Below are positions 31,277 through 40,925 of a stretch of DNA of 64,000 nucleotides, in pieces (position 1 is the first letter of the stretch; each line of letters starts with the position of its first letter). Both the position numbers and the translations under genes were made by a program. This DNA is from Candidatus Latescibacterota bacterium. Lineage in GTDB: Bacteria > Latescibacterota > UBA2968 > GCA-2709665. The DNA lies in the NCBI GenBank assembly GCA_965222075.1, contig OZ244937.1, forward strand, positions 928,001 through 992,000. Reading direction: 5' to 3'. Below the pieces are notes generated by a model, which saw only the letters and a program-made list of their open reading frames with translations, searched no databases and was not told the DNA's origin.

Positions 31277-33568
31277 TTGGGGGTTCATACAATGCTCGAT
31301 ACACTCAGGATAAAGCGTCTCCTGTCGACCGGAGATGTCAGCGCCCTGTTCCCCGGAAGGTTGGGCTTGAAATGGACGGCATCTGTGCTTTTCTGCCTGT
31401 TCTTCGTTCCCGCGATCAGTGCGGCGGGCAAAACCGTGTTGATCGAAGGGTATGTTTTCGACAGCGAAACCCGGCACCCCATCGAAAACGTCAACATCCA
31501 GCCTGGTGATCATGCAGTGGGCACAACCACCGATGAACGAGGCCGCTTTGTCCTGCACCTGTCGCAGGATGTCTATCGCCTGTCTTTTACTCACGTCGGA
31601 TATCAAAAAAAGCACCATGAAGTGACCGTCTCAGGCACAAAACATCCCATCCTCTATGTCGAAATGGCCCCGCTGGCCCTTCAAATGGACCTCATTGACG
31701 TTGTGGCAGAATCCGCCGAAACCCGCTTTGAGGAACTCCACGAGACCACCGGCGTGCTCTCCGGCGACGAGCTCCGGCAGAAATACGCGCTCACGCTTGC
31801 CGAAACCATGAAAAACGAAATCGGCGTTGCCATCCGCAGTATGGGGCCTGCGCCTGCCCGCCCGGTCATACGCGGCCTCAGCGGCGACCGCATACAGATC
31901 AATGTAGACGGCATGCAGACTCAAGATCTGTCCGCCACCTCGGCCGATCACGCCGTCACCCTTGAATCCTTCAACGCGAAACGCCTCGAAATCATCCGGG
32001 GGCCTCGCACCCTGCTTCACACCGCTACCGCCGTTGGCGGGGTTATCAACGTTGTCAAACACAAAATCCCCGATGTCCACCCCCAGCGCGTCTTCGGCAG
32101 CGTCGGCGCCTACGGAGAAACGGTCAACCGGGGCTATTTCTCATCCGCCTCCGTCACCGCGCCCGTAGGCCCGCTCGCACTTTATGCCGAAACCACGTAC
32201 CGCGATACCCGGGACGTGCAAACCCCCATTGGCAAACTCGACAATACCCCCATCAACACCCGCACCCACACCGTCGGTCTGTCCTACGCGGCCGATCGAG
32301 GCTATATCGGCGCTTCTTTCGATCAATTCGGCACTCAATACGGTATTCCCGGCGGATTTATCGGCGGCCACCCCAACGGCGCAGACCTGGATATCCTGCG
32401 CCGGGTCTTCGACGGCAGGGCGGTCTACCGTTTCGACCGCCGGGTGATCAACAGGGTAGAGGTGGGTTTCACGAAGGCCTTCTATCATCACTTCGAGTTC
32501 GAATCCAGCGGCAGCATCGGGTCCGAGTTTTTGTTCCACGACTACAGCGGCGATTTCAAACTGCACCTGAACACACAGGACCAGACGCAGAACACCGTGC
32601 TTACCGCCGGCTTTGAACACCGCAACCTCAAACTGGGCGCCTTTGTCTTCACCCCACCCACGCGTGAACAAGAGGCCACCGTCGGCCTCTATCACGAGTT
32701 CACCTATCGTCAAATCGAACTTCAGGCCGCCGCCCGCTACACCTACGCCGCCTTTGATCCGCACCCCGATGTTGTTACCAATGTGGGCCTGGATGTAGAC
32801 CGAACCTTTCACACCTGGTCCGCAGCCATCAGCCCGCTTGTGCCCATCACCGATCAGCTGACCGCGGGCGTCGGCGTCAGCCGCTCCCAGCGCGTGCCCA
32901 CCATCGAAGAACTCTACAACGAGGGTCCGCACCTGGCCGCGTACACCTTTGAAGTGGGCAATGTCCATCTCAATGCTGAAAAGGGCTTCGGCCTGGAAGC
33001 CTTTTTCCATTATCTGCAACCGGGCCTGGACCTGGTCTTCACCGGCTTCTGGAACGAATTTGGCAGTTATATCGCTCCGCGCAATACCGGAGAGATCAAT
33101 TTCGCCCAGCTTCTCCCCATCTACGCTTCCGATGGTGTTGCCGCGCGAATGCTGGGCCTGGAAATGCACCTGGGGTGGCGTCCGAATACCCGTCTAAACC
33201 TGGAATTCAACGGCAGCTACGTGCGCGGACAGAACCGCGATGAGCATTTGCCCCTGCCCGAAATGCCCCCGCTCAAATTTGCCGGCAGCACAACCTACCG
33301 GCACCCCTGGCTTACTGTGGGAGGAACTGCGGAATTCGCCGCCGGACAGAAGCGCGTGGATATATTCGAAGACCCTACGGACGGCTATACCGTCTTTGGG
33401 GTCTACGCCCAGCGCAACATCCTCACCGACCATACCCGCCATAGCCTCATCCTGTCCGTAGACAACCTTTTCGATACGGAATACCGCAACCACCTCTCAC
33501 GCATCCGGTCCGTGATGCCCGAAACCGGCCGAAGCCTTAAGCTGTACTATAAGATGTATTTCTTTTAA
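31277..33568 (+). CDS. TonB-dependent receptor, ZnuD-like (probable Zn/Ni uptake)
   Basis: CarboxypepD-like N-domain, RPVIRGLSGDR, SADHAVT, EGPHLA, YRNHLSRI, C-terminal Phe. Confidence 0.88.
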   Translation: MGVHTMLDTLRIKRLLSTGDVSALFPGRLGLKWTASVLFCLFFVPAISAAGKTVLIEGYVFDSETRHPIENVNIQPGDHAVGTTTDERGRFVLHLSQDVYRLSFTHVGYQKKHHEVTVSGTKHPILYVEMAPLALQMDLIDVVAESAETRFEELHETTGVLSGDELRQKYALTLAETMKNEIGVAIRSMGPAPARPVIRGLSGDRIQINVDGMQTQDLSATSADHAVTLESFNAKRLEIIRGPRTLLHTATAVGGVINVVKHKIPDVHPQRVFGSVGAYGETVNRGYFSSASVTAPVGPLALYAETTYRDTRDVQTPIGKLDNTPINTRTHTVGLSYAADRGYIGASFDQFGTQYGIPGGFIGGHPNGADLDILRRVFDGRAVYRFDRRVINRVEVGFTKAFYHHFEFESSGSIGSEFLFHDYSGDFKLHLNTQDQTQNTVLTAGFEHRNLKLGAFVFTPPTREQEATVGLYHEFTYRQIELQAAARYTYAAFDPHPDVVTNVGLDVDRTFHTWSAAISPLVPITDQLTAGVGVSRSQRVPTIEELYNEGPHLAAYTFEVGNVHLNAEKGFGLEAFFHYLQPGLDLVFTGFWNEFGSYIAPRNTGEINFAQLLPIYASDGVAARMLGLEMHLGWRPNTRLNLEFNGSYVRGQNRDEHLPLPEMPPLKFAGSTTYRHPWLTVGGTAEFAAGQKRVDIFEDPTDGYTVFGVYAQRNILTDHTRHSLILSVDNLFDTEYRNHLSRIRSVMPETGRSLKLYYKMYFF

Positions 33569-34149
33569 GACAGTTGTCATGCGCCCTTTGGGGCACCCAT
33601 TAGGATGAAAATCGTTGCCACGTCTCGCCTCTGCGCTCCCCCCACCGCATCAGCCGTCGCCTGTCGGCTCGGCTTCTGCGACTCCCCCTCAAGGGGGGAG
33701 TAATAGGGGGCCGCTTTGCATGGGTGTGAAGTCCCCCTGGCGTCAAGCGAATTTCGAGGGCAAGACCTGCCTGCAGCGCGGTGCGCCGCGCAGGCAGGTG
33801 CCCTCGCTCCCAGGAGAGATCAAGGTCGCTACGCAGTGGTAGACAATACAAGTGGCGATATATGGTGGCCGGGGGGAAGGGGCTTTTCCGCGCGGTTCCG
33901 TCCAGCGCCTTCGCCCAGGAACGCCTGGAAGGTTCGCAGGGCAGAAGCTTCCGTTTCCACCCCAGGGGCTATTCGCGGAAAAGCAGCCCCCGCGGCGTTT
34001 GAGCGGCGCCCTTCTTTTTCGGCCTTTTTCTTGGGCGTGCAAGAAAAAGGCCATAAGTAAAAGAAAGCCTGTTTTCCAAGCACCCGCTTAAACCCAAGAA
34101 ACACAACAAGTTCCGTTGCAATATGAAAGCCTATTTTCTAAGCAGCTTC
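33566..34149. repeat. Composite MITE/REP-like element, copy 2
   Basis: Same modules as 8989-9400 plus nested palindromes (CTCCCCCTCAAGGGGGGAG; CCTGCCTGC..GCAGGCAGG). Confidence 0.75.
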
Positions 34150-34192
34150 TGAGAGAGAACCTGGCTGTTTTCTGTCTCCGCATTGCGGAGCG

Positions 34193-35278
34193 CTATTTGG
34201 CCTGTATATACCCTTCGGACTTCAGCAGTTCGGCCATGAGGATGGCGCCGCCGGCTGCGCCCCGGACGGTGTTGTGGCTGAGGGCGATAAATTTGTAATC
34301 GAAGAGGGTGTCACCACGCAGGCGGCCGAGGGTAACGCCCATGCCGTCGCCCGCGTCCCGGTCGAGCCGGGTCTGCGGACGGTCCTCTTCTTCATAATAG
34401 GTGAGAAAGGGCCTGGGAGACGAGGGGAGGTTTGCCGCGCGAGGGCTGCCCTGAAAGGTCTTCCAGCGTTCTAAGATGCTGTCGCGCGCGGGCTTGCTCT
34501 CAAAGGAGACCGAGACGGCCGCCATGTGGCCGTCCGTAACGGGCACACGAATGCACTGGGCGGAAATGACGGGGGATCTGGCGTTTACGATTTCGCCTTT
34601 TGTGACTTTGCCCCAGATTTTCAGCGGTTCCCGAACGCTCTTTTCCTCTTCGCCGCCGCCGATGTAGGGGATGATGTTGTCGACCATTTCCGGCCAGGTG
34701 TCAAAGGTTTTGCTGGCGCCCGAGATGGCCTGGTAGGTGCAGACGGAGGCCCGGGCGGGACCGAATTCCGAGAGGGCGTGGAAGGCCGGTACGTAGGGCT
34801 GAATGGAGCAGTTGGGTTTGACGGCGACGAACCCGGCCCTGGTGCCCAGGCGCTTCCGCTGGGCAGGGATGATGTCTAAGTGTTTGGGGTTGATCTCCGG
34901 GATGAGCATGGGCACATCCGGGGTCCAGCGGTGGGCGGAGTTGTTGGAGGCCACCGGGGTTTCACGTTTTGCATAGGCGTCTTCGAGGCTGCGGATGTCC
35001 GCTTTGTCCATGTCCAGGGCCGAGAAGATAAAGTCGACTTCGCCTGCAATCGTCTCGATCTCATTGACGTTTTTGACGACCAGGTCGGCGATACCGGCCG
35101 GGATCTCGGAGTCCAGCGTCCACCGGCCCTGCACGGCCTCCCGGTAGGTCTTGCCGGCCGAACGCGCACTGGCGGCTACGGAGACGACTTCGAACCAGGG
35201 GTGGTCGGCTAAGCGGGAAACAAACCGCTGACCAACCATGCCGGTTGCGCCCAGAACGCCCACTTTCAATCTGTCCAT
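34193..35278 (-). CDS. asd: Aspartate-semialdehyde dehydrogenase
   Basis: LGATGMVGQ, KPNCS, QAISGA, RVPVTDGH, HNTVRGAAGG. Confidence 0.96.
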   Translation of the reverse strand: MDRLKVGVLGATGMVGQRFVSRLADHPWFEVVSVAASARSAGKTYREAVQGRWTLDSEIPAGIADLVVKNVNEIETIAGEVDFIFSALDMDKADIRSLEDAYAKRETPVASNNSAHRWTPDVPMLIPEINPKHLDIIPAQRKRLGTRAGFVAVKPNCSIQPYVPAFHALSEFGPARASVCTYQAISGASKTFDTWPEMVDNIIPYIGGGEEEKSVREPLKIWGKVTKGEIVNARSPVISAQCIRVPVTDGHMAAVSVSFESKPARDSILERWKTFQGSPRAANLPSSPRPFLTYYEEEDRPQTRLDRDAGDGMGVTLGRLRGDTLFDYKFIALSHNTVRGAAGGAILMAELLKSEGYIQAK

Positions 35279-35498
35279 CTGCTGCTCCTTTTGATATAAT
35301 AGGGGACGAAAAAAATAGCGGAGAAAAGATACCAAAATCAGGGGTTTTGTCAAGAAGATCGAGGGTCGTATATTGTGGTTTGCTTTTACGAACGGCGAAT
35401 GGCGAAGGTGGTGCGGGCACGGGAGCAGGCAGAGGCTGTGGTCGGTCCTCTGTCTGTAGTGTTTGCGTTGATGCGGTCAGGAAAGGAGGGGAGGGCTG

Positions 35499-36680
35499 AT
35501 GGACGGCGCGCTGGACGGGGTGCGCGTGCTGGATCTGTCGCGGCACCTGGCAGGGCCTTACTGCGGGATGATGCTGGGCGATCTGGGCGCAGAGGTGATC
35601 AAGGTAGAACGTCCCGGTCTGGGCGATGAGACGCGCCACTGGGGACCGCCCTTTCTGGAGGGGGAGTCGGCCTATTATCTTTGCTGCAACCGCAACAAGG
35701 TGAGTCTCACGCTCAACCTGAAACAGGAACGCGGCGCAGCGATTGCACGGGATCTTGCACGGGACAGCGATGTGTTGATCGAGAACTTTCGGGTCGGCGG
35801 CCTGGACGAACTGGGGTTGGGATACGCGGACCTCAAGGTGGTTAATCCCCGGCTGGTGTACTGCTCAATTAGTGGTTTTGGGCATACCGGTCCCGACCGC
35901 GAGTTGCCCGGGTACGATTTTTTGATTCAGGGGCGCGGGGGGTTCATGTCCATTACCGGTGAACGCGATGGACCTCCTATGAAGGCCGGGGTCGCGATTG
36001 TGGATGTGGCGACGGCCCTGTTTGCGTGCAACGCGATTCTTGCCGCGCTGTTCGCCCGCGAACGGAGGGGTGGACAGCATCTGGATATGTCGCTGTTCGA
36101 TTCTCAGATTGCACTGCTGGCGAATGTGGGAAGCAACTACCTCTGTTCGGACGAGACGCCGCAGCGCTGGGGCAATGCGCATGCCAGCATCGTGCCGTAT
36201 CAGGCGTTCCTGGCGGCGGACGGTTACCTGGTCCTGACGATCGGCAACGATGGGCAGTGGCACCGGTTCTGTGAAGCGGCGGGCGTGGGCGAGTGGGCAG
36301 CGGATGCCCGCTTTGCGACCAATCCGGAGCGCGTGGCGCACCGGGACGCGCTGATTCCGATGCTGGAGGATCTGTTCCATCAGAAGACCGTTGAGGAATG
36401 GTTACAGCTATGCGCCCGGGCCGATGTGCCCGTCGGGCCGGTCAATACGATTGACAGGGTGTTCGCCGATCCGCAGGCGCTTTCGCGCGGGATGCTGGTG
36501 GAGATGCAGCGGAGGGAGACGGTGCGGCTGGCAGGCACGCCGCTTCACCTCTCGGAGACACCGGCCCGGATGCGCCTGCCGCCCCCGCTGCTGGGGGAGC
36601 ACACGGATGAGGTTCTTGGCCGTGTGCTCGGGATGGACGAGAGGGCGATTGCGGCGTTGCGCAGGGAGGGAGTGGTTTAG
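35499..36680 (+). CDS. CaiB/BaiF family III CoA-transferase
   Basis: VLDLSRHLAGP, LGAEVIKVE, NRNK, ENFR, PLLGEHT. Confidence 0.93.
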   Translation: MDGALDGVRVLDLSRHLAGPYCGMMLGDLGAEVIKVERPGLGDETRHWGPPFLEGESAYYLCCNRNKVSLTLNLKQERGAAIARDLARDSDVLIENFRVGGLDELGLGYADLKVVNPRLVYCSISGFGHTGPDRELPGYDFLIQGRGGFMSITGERDGPPMKAGVAIVDVATALFACNAILAALFARERRGGQHLDMSLFDSQIALLANVGSNYLCSDETPQRWGNAHASIVPYQAFLAADGYLVLTIGNDGQWHRFCEAAGVGEWAADARFATNPERVAHRDALIPMLEDLFHQKTVEEWLQLCARADVPVGPVNTIDRVFADPQALSRGMLVEMQRRETVRLAGTPLHLSETPARMRLPPPLLGEHTDEVLGRVLGMDERAIAALRREGVV

Positions 36681-36711
36681 GGAGATTTGCCGGAGGTCTT
36701 ATGACAGGGCG

Positions 36712-37158
36712 TTATTCTTGTTTTTCCCAGCCGAAACTTTCAAAAAACCGGCCTTTCCGGTAGTTTTCGAGTGCCTGCCTGACATAAGGCACCATATTGG
36801 CAGGTAAATTGTGGACAGAATGCCAGGATATGTCATCACACTTGTCTGGTTCTGCGTTGACGATGTCTCCGGTCCATCTGGAGGCGGCAAGAAAGAATGA
36901 CACCCGTTCACTGTCAGACTTCCTGTGCATAACCCCGACCACTTCGATGTCCGAGGGCTGAATCTCAATCCCCGTCTCTTCCTTCGCTTCTCTGATGGCC
37001 GCTGCCTTGACCTCCTCGTTACCGTCGATGTGCCCGGCAATCACGCTATAGTTGCCATCCTCATACCCGGTATTGAGGCGTCTCAAAAGCAGGATTTCAT
37101 TGTTGTCGTTCGTTAGAAAAATATGGGCCTCCGGAATCAGCTTGAATTTGTCAGACAT
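36712..37158 (-). CDS. NUDIX hydrolase (cassette)
   Basis: Nudix box GHIDGNEEVKAAAIREAKEETG. Confidence 0.9.
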   Translation of the reverse strand: MSDKFKLIPEAHIFLTNDNNEILLLRRLNTGYEDGNYSVIAGHIDGNEEVKAAAIREAKEETGIEIQPSDIEVVGVMHRKSDSERVSFFLAASRWTGDIVNAEPDKCDDISWHSVHNLPANMVPYVRQALENYRKGRFFESFGWEKQE

Positions 37159-37199
37159 CGAATGGCCTCGTAGAAGAAGTGCTTGAGCAGGAGAAGCGC

Positions 37200-37304
37200 G
37201 TGTGGGTGCGAACTCCAGGTGACTTGTTTTCTGACTTCGGCTGGCGGGCAGTTGCTGAAGGCCAGGGGAGTGCAGCGACCGCAGCGCAAATGGACCTGTT
37301 ACAC
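37200..37304 (-). repeat. Degenerate attC site
   Basis: R'' GTGTAAC with a body similar to 44715-44805; R' eroded. Confidence 0.5.
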
Positions 37305-37425
37305 GTTGGTGCAAGCGGGGTGGGGTTGCCAGGGATAGCAACGGTGGGGAATTTCTTGACTTTCAAGAGGTCTTTGTTGTACTTTCTATTGTCCCAAATA
37401 GAGCAATCTATCAAGGAGGAACATC

Positions 37426-37659
37426 ATGCCTGAGCCATCCCTTTTGACTGAATTAGAAGAAAATATCAGTCGTTTGTCTTTAGATGAGCAATTGCTGCTT
37501 ATTGAGCGAGTGAGCCACCGGATACGAACGGATATTTCCGGTAAAACGGATATAGATGCTCAATTGAGTAAAATGGCCGCTGATCCTGAAATCCAAAAGG
37601 AACTCCAGGAAATTGAGCATGAGTTCTCGGCCACGGAGCAAGATGGGCTGGATGATTAA
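37426..37659 (+). CDS. Putative antitoxin
   Basis: 77-aa acidic ORF (MAADPEIQKE) coupled to the MazF-like toxin. Confidence 0.7.
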   Translation: MPEPSLLTELEENISRLSLDEQLLLIERVSHRIRTDISGKTDIDAQLSKMAADPEIQKELQEIEHEFSATEQDGLDD

Positions 37660-38006
37660 TGGCTATTGAGCGTGGTGAAATATACTTCGTGAACCTCAAC
37701 CCGGTGAAAGGGCGCGAGCAAGCGGGTCAACGTCCAGTATTGGTTCTGTCCATAGATGCAATTAATCGATTGCCTCTTGTCGTGACCGTTGTTGTAGGTA
37801 CCAGAGGTGCCAACATCACACGCGATTATCCCACAAACATTCGACTGACGCCAGCAGAAACGGGCTTGGATTTGGAAACAGTTTTCCTCGGGTTTCAGAT
37901 TCGATCATTGGATTCAAAACGCTTCCCTGATCATGTAGCTGGCCGAGTGTCGGGCGCAGCTTTGAAAAAGGTTGAGGACGTCGTCCGGTATTGTCTCGGT
38001 CTGTAG
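37659..38006 (+). CDS. PemK/MazF family toxin
   Basis: RGEIYFVNLNPVKGREQAGQRPVLVLS, QIRSLD. Confidence 0.92.
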   Translation: MAIERGEIYFVNLNPVKGREQAGQRPVLVLSIDAINRLPLVVTVVVGTRGANITRDYPTNIRLTPAETGLDLETVFLGFQIRSLDSKRFPDHVAGRVSGAALKKVEDVVRYCLGL

Positions 38007-38030
38007 GCGAGTCCGGTTTTCTCTTCTACC

Positions 38031-38261
38031 TCATAACACCAGCCACACTCCCACCACACACAACCCCACCCCCGTCACCAGCCGCAGGGTCACTTTTTCC
38101 TTCAGAAAGATTACCGCCATCACCAGCCCGAAAACAGGAGAGACAGACCCCAGGGTAGCCATCTTGGCAGGTCCGATCCGGGCGATCGCCATTACATACA
38201 GCGCCCAGGCGAACGCGCAGAGCAGCCCGAAAACCTCACCGAAAGAGATCGAAAACCCCAA
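38031..38261 (-). pseudogene. EamA/DMT transporter fragment
   Basis: SVSPVF...IFLKEKVT..GVGLCVVGV C-terminal EamA motif only. Confidence 0.65.
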
Positions 38262-38300
38262 ATTCGCTCTCCCGCAGGTCGAGCACCTTGCCGCGTTGTA

Positions 38301-38708
38301 TCAGACCTCGCATGGATGGCCCGGGTCCATGTCCTCGTGCTCGCTGGCGACAATGTAGTATATCAGATCTTCGGACTTGCTGGCATTTCGGATTCGGTGC
38401 CGGGTGCCGGCCGGTTGCACGAAGCAGTCTCCGGTGACGGCTTCGGTGGATTCTCCTTCACGATCAACCACGGCACGGCCCGATACGATAATGAAAAATT
38501 CCCACCTCCAGGTATGCGAATGCACCGGACAGGGACGCGCACCCGGGGGCAAACGTGACAGTTCCACGTCAAACGGATGGGGCGTTTCCCCGGTGTTTCC
38601 CAGGGCGACGGAGACCTCGCGGCGATAGCGTTCGTAGCTTCCATTTTTCCAGGACCACACCTGGTGTTTTTCAGGTACGTCGTCCAGATTTATCTTCCAG
38701 GGCTTCAT
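38301..38708 (-). CDS. Cupin domain protein (cassette)
   Basis: HSH..WEFFIIVSG, GDC...PAG..H.IRN. Confidence 0.85.
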   Translation of the reverse strand: MKPWKINLDDVPEKHQVWSWKNGSYERYRREVSVALGNTGETPHPFDVELSRLPPGARPCPVHSHTWRWEFFIIVSGRAVVDREGESTEAVTGDCFVQPAGTRHRIRNASKSEDLIYYIVASEHEDMDPGHPCEV

Positions 38709-38801
38709 GTTCTGCTCTCTTCCGGGTATATGTGTGAAGCTGTTGAGTTCTGTTTTGCGCGATAGACCCGGGGCATCTGCCGGTCCTCTTGCGCTGCTTG
38801 C

Positions 38802-38854
38802 ATTTAACGTTTCCGGCACCCACGAAAGGCAGGTTCACGGGTGCCGTGTCAGGA
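38802..38854 (-). repeat. attC site
   Basis: TCCTGAC-ACGGCACCC..GGGTGCC-GTTAAAT. Confidence 0.7.
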
Positions 38855-38864
38855 GACGTGGCAA

Positions 38865-39794
38865 TCACCGCCATCTTGATTTCAGGTCGGATTCAATCTC
38901 CTGCCAGGGCACGCCCAACTTAGCAGCTGCAACCATCAAAGCATACACGACTCCGTTGTACTCTTGAGGCAGACCGTCCCTCTGAATGAAGGCTCGGACA
39001 AACTCAGCAGATTCCTCTCCGACCTTTTTGCAGATCGCATTCTCATCACTCAGTAATCTCGAGGTGCTCGAATCTGTGGGTTTCCGGGCTACCGTCCAGA
39101 TTCTCCGGTATTCTTCCAGCCACGGGTTGACAATCTCCTTCCCGATAAGGGAGATGTCGCTGAAACGGACAACCTCTGCGACTTTGAGCCCGGTTCTGGA
39201 CATGGCGCTGTGGGCGGATTTATTTCCTCGATACACGACCTCAACACACCAGTCGTGGGTGCCTTCCGCGACGGTGTTCTCAGTATCCCCTGCGTAAGTG
39301 ACAACACTGTAATTCACCTGTGTGCCCTCGAACCTTTGTGACAAATACTCCCGCGAGGTGTGCTCATACTTCTTGTTCACTGCTATCGATACAGACGCTG
39401 GCGAGCGAGGTAGCGCTCCCAATGGATTCAGTAGACAAAGCGCGGGGCGGTAGAATTGGGCCTGTGGGTCGAACCAATCGTAAGTATTGAGCGCCCCCAG
39501 AGGAGAATCCCGGGTGCCAAGCATGTACTCATCGAACAGATCATCTCCGGTTAGGCCATAAGCTGGTTCTCCCCGAAGAAGGCAATCATCCACGCGTTGG
39601 GGCACATCCTCCCCTCGAACCGAGATGATCTCCAGCTTTCCATTTCCCTGTCCGGGGCGGTCGAACTCCCCATCTTTGCTGACGCCGACATCTCTCAGGA
39701 GGTTGTTTACGTACTCGTTCAACCCACTGTTCGTGGGGACGTAGAGCCTTGCCCGGGCCTCAGTGATGAAAAGTCCTATGTTTTCGCGAAACAC
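38865..39794 (-). CDS. Divergent ATP phosphoribosyltransferase (HisG-like) fused to a HisE-like pyrophosphohydrolase
   Basis: VRGEDVP, GLTGDDLFDE, KKY, GDTE..DWCVEVV (HisG-like); SSTSRLL..KKVGEESAE..LMV..GV...I...L.SR (HisE-like); AAGGAG RBS. Confidence 0.7.
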   Translation of the reverse strand: MFRENIGLFITEARARLYVPTNSGLNEYVNNLLRDVGVSKDGEFDRPGQGNGKLEIISVRGEDVPQRVDDCLLRGEPAYGLTGDDLFDEYMLGTRDSPLGALNTYDWFDPQAQFYRPALCLLNPLGALPRSPASVSIAVNKKYEHTSREYLSQRFEGTQVNYSVVTYAGDTENTVAEGTHDWCVEVVYRGNKSAHSAMSRTGLKVAEVVRFSDISLIGKEIVNPWLEEYRRIWTVARKPTDSSTSRLLSDENAICKKVGEESAEFVRAFIQRDGLPQEYNGVVYALMVAAAKLGVPWQEIESDLKSRWR

Positions 39795-40041
39795 GATGTA
39801 CTCCTTACGCAGGGTTGTCCTGCCGGTATTGCCTTAACCTTTTCGGCTTTCAACTTCTCCCAAGCGTCATCATTTTCGATAAATTCATTGAACACATCTT
39901 TAGCCGCTTGAGTGATCGGCGACCCGTGTCCAAAGGCCGACTGGGCCGGATCTGCTTTAACATTCGAGACGGCTCTCAGCCTGGGGTTTGACTTTGTGCG
40001 CGATTCCCGGGGTGGGGTGGTTGGGTTCTTGCGCCGCTTTC

Positions 40042-40097
40042 GGTTAACGTTTGGCAATAGGCCGACTGGGCCGGAGCGGGGTACGGACGTGTCAGGC
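40042..40097 (-). repeat. attC site (degenerate)
   Basis: GCCTGAC...GTTAACC directly downstream of the GNAT stop. Confidence 0.55.
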
Positions 40098-40109
40098 GAC
40101 GTGGCCCAC

Positions 40110-40796
40110 TCAGGGCTTACTGCTGTTGAGCTCTGTTAAGGACAACTGCTGGTTTGGGTTCTGATACAACCACATCTGCATGTTTTTCTTAACAGCGGCC
40201 CACTCACTGTCCAGTATTGAATACCAGGTAGTGTCCCTGTTTCGACCTTTTACGATCATATGCTGTCTGAAGATGCCTTCGAACCTGAAACCAAGACGTA
40301 TGGCCGCTGATCGAGAACGCTCATTCAGGGAATCGCACTTCCATTCGACCCGCCGGTATTTCAGGCGATCGAAGGCCTCACAAAGCATGAGATACGCGGC
40401 CTCCGTGTTTACGTTTGACCTCTGAACATCTGGCGAATACCAGATGTGTCCAAGTTCCAGTCGCAGCATATCCGAAGCGATGTTCAGAAAACTCACCATC
40501 CCAACGCGTCGCCTGGATTCGCGATGGTGGACAGTAAGGAAGAGCGGATCGTTTGACCTGGCCCCATCCTCAAGCCACCTTTGCATGCTGTGTATGCTTT
40601 CAAAAGGACCGTACCCCATGTAGGTCCATATCCACTCCTTCATATCCGAGCCGTGAGAACACGCGTAGAGTTCCCCGGCATCGGCCTGTGGGCTGACTGG
40701 CGACAGGGTAATGAACTCACCTTTGTAGTCCGTTCTTTGAGGCAAGTCAACATGGGCAATGGGTTTTACGAGATTTCCAAGAGGGAGAGACAACAT
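40110..40796 (-). CDS. GNAT acetyltransferase, RimJ/RimL family
   Basis: LELGHIWY, YRRVEWKCDSLNERS, FEGIFRQH, GRNRDT. Confidence 0.9.
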   Translation of the reverse strand: MLSLPLGNLVKPIAHVDLPQRTDYKGEFITLSPVSPQADAGELYACSHGSDMKEWIWTYMGYGPFESIHSMQRWLEDGARSNDPLFLTVHHRESRRRVGMVSFLNIASDMLRLELGHIWYSPDVQRSNVNTEAAYLMLCEAFDRLKYRRVEWKCDSLNERSRSAAIRLGFRFEGIFRQHMIVKGRNRDTTWYSILDSEWAAVKKNMQMWLYQNPNQQLSLTELNSSKP

Positions 40797-40870
40797 AGCA
40801 ATTCCTGATTGTGCAGGTTACCGTGGGATGAGAGCCTTTGGTACAGGACTCTTGATCCGTGGGCCATGTC

Positions 40871-40925
40871 GGCTAACGGTTTCGCCTTTGGATGACGTGA
40901 TACCGCGCTGCCTGATCTGTCAAAA
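40871..40925 (-). repeat. attC site (degenerate)
   Basis: TTTTGAC overlapping the stop codon ... GTTAGCC. Confidence 0.5.
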
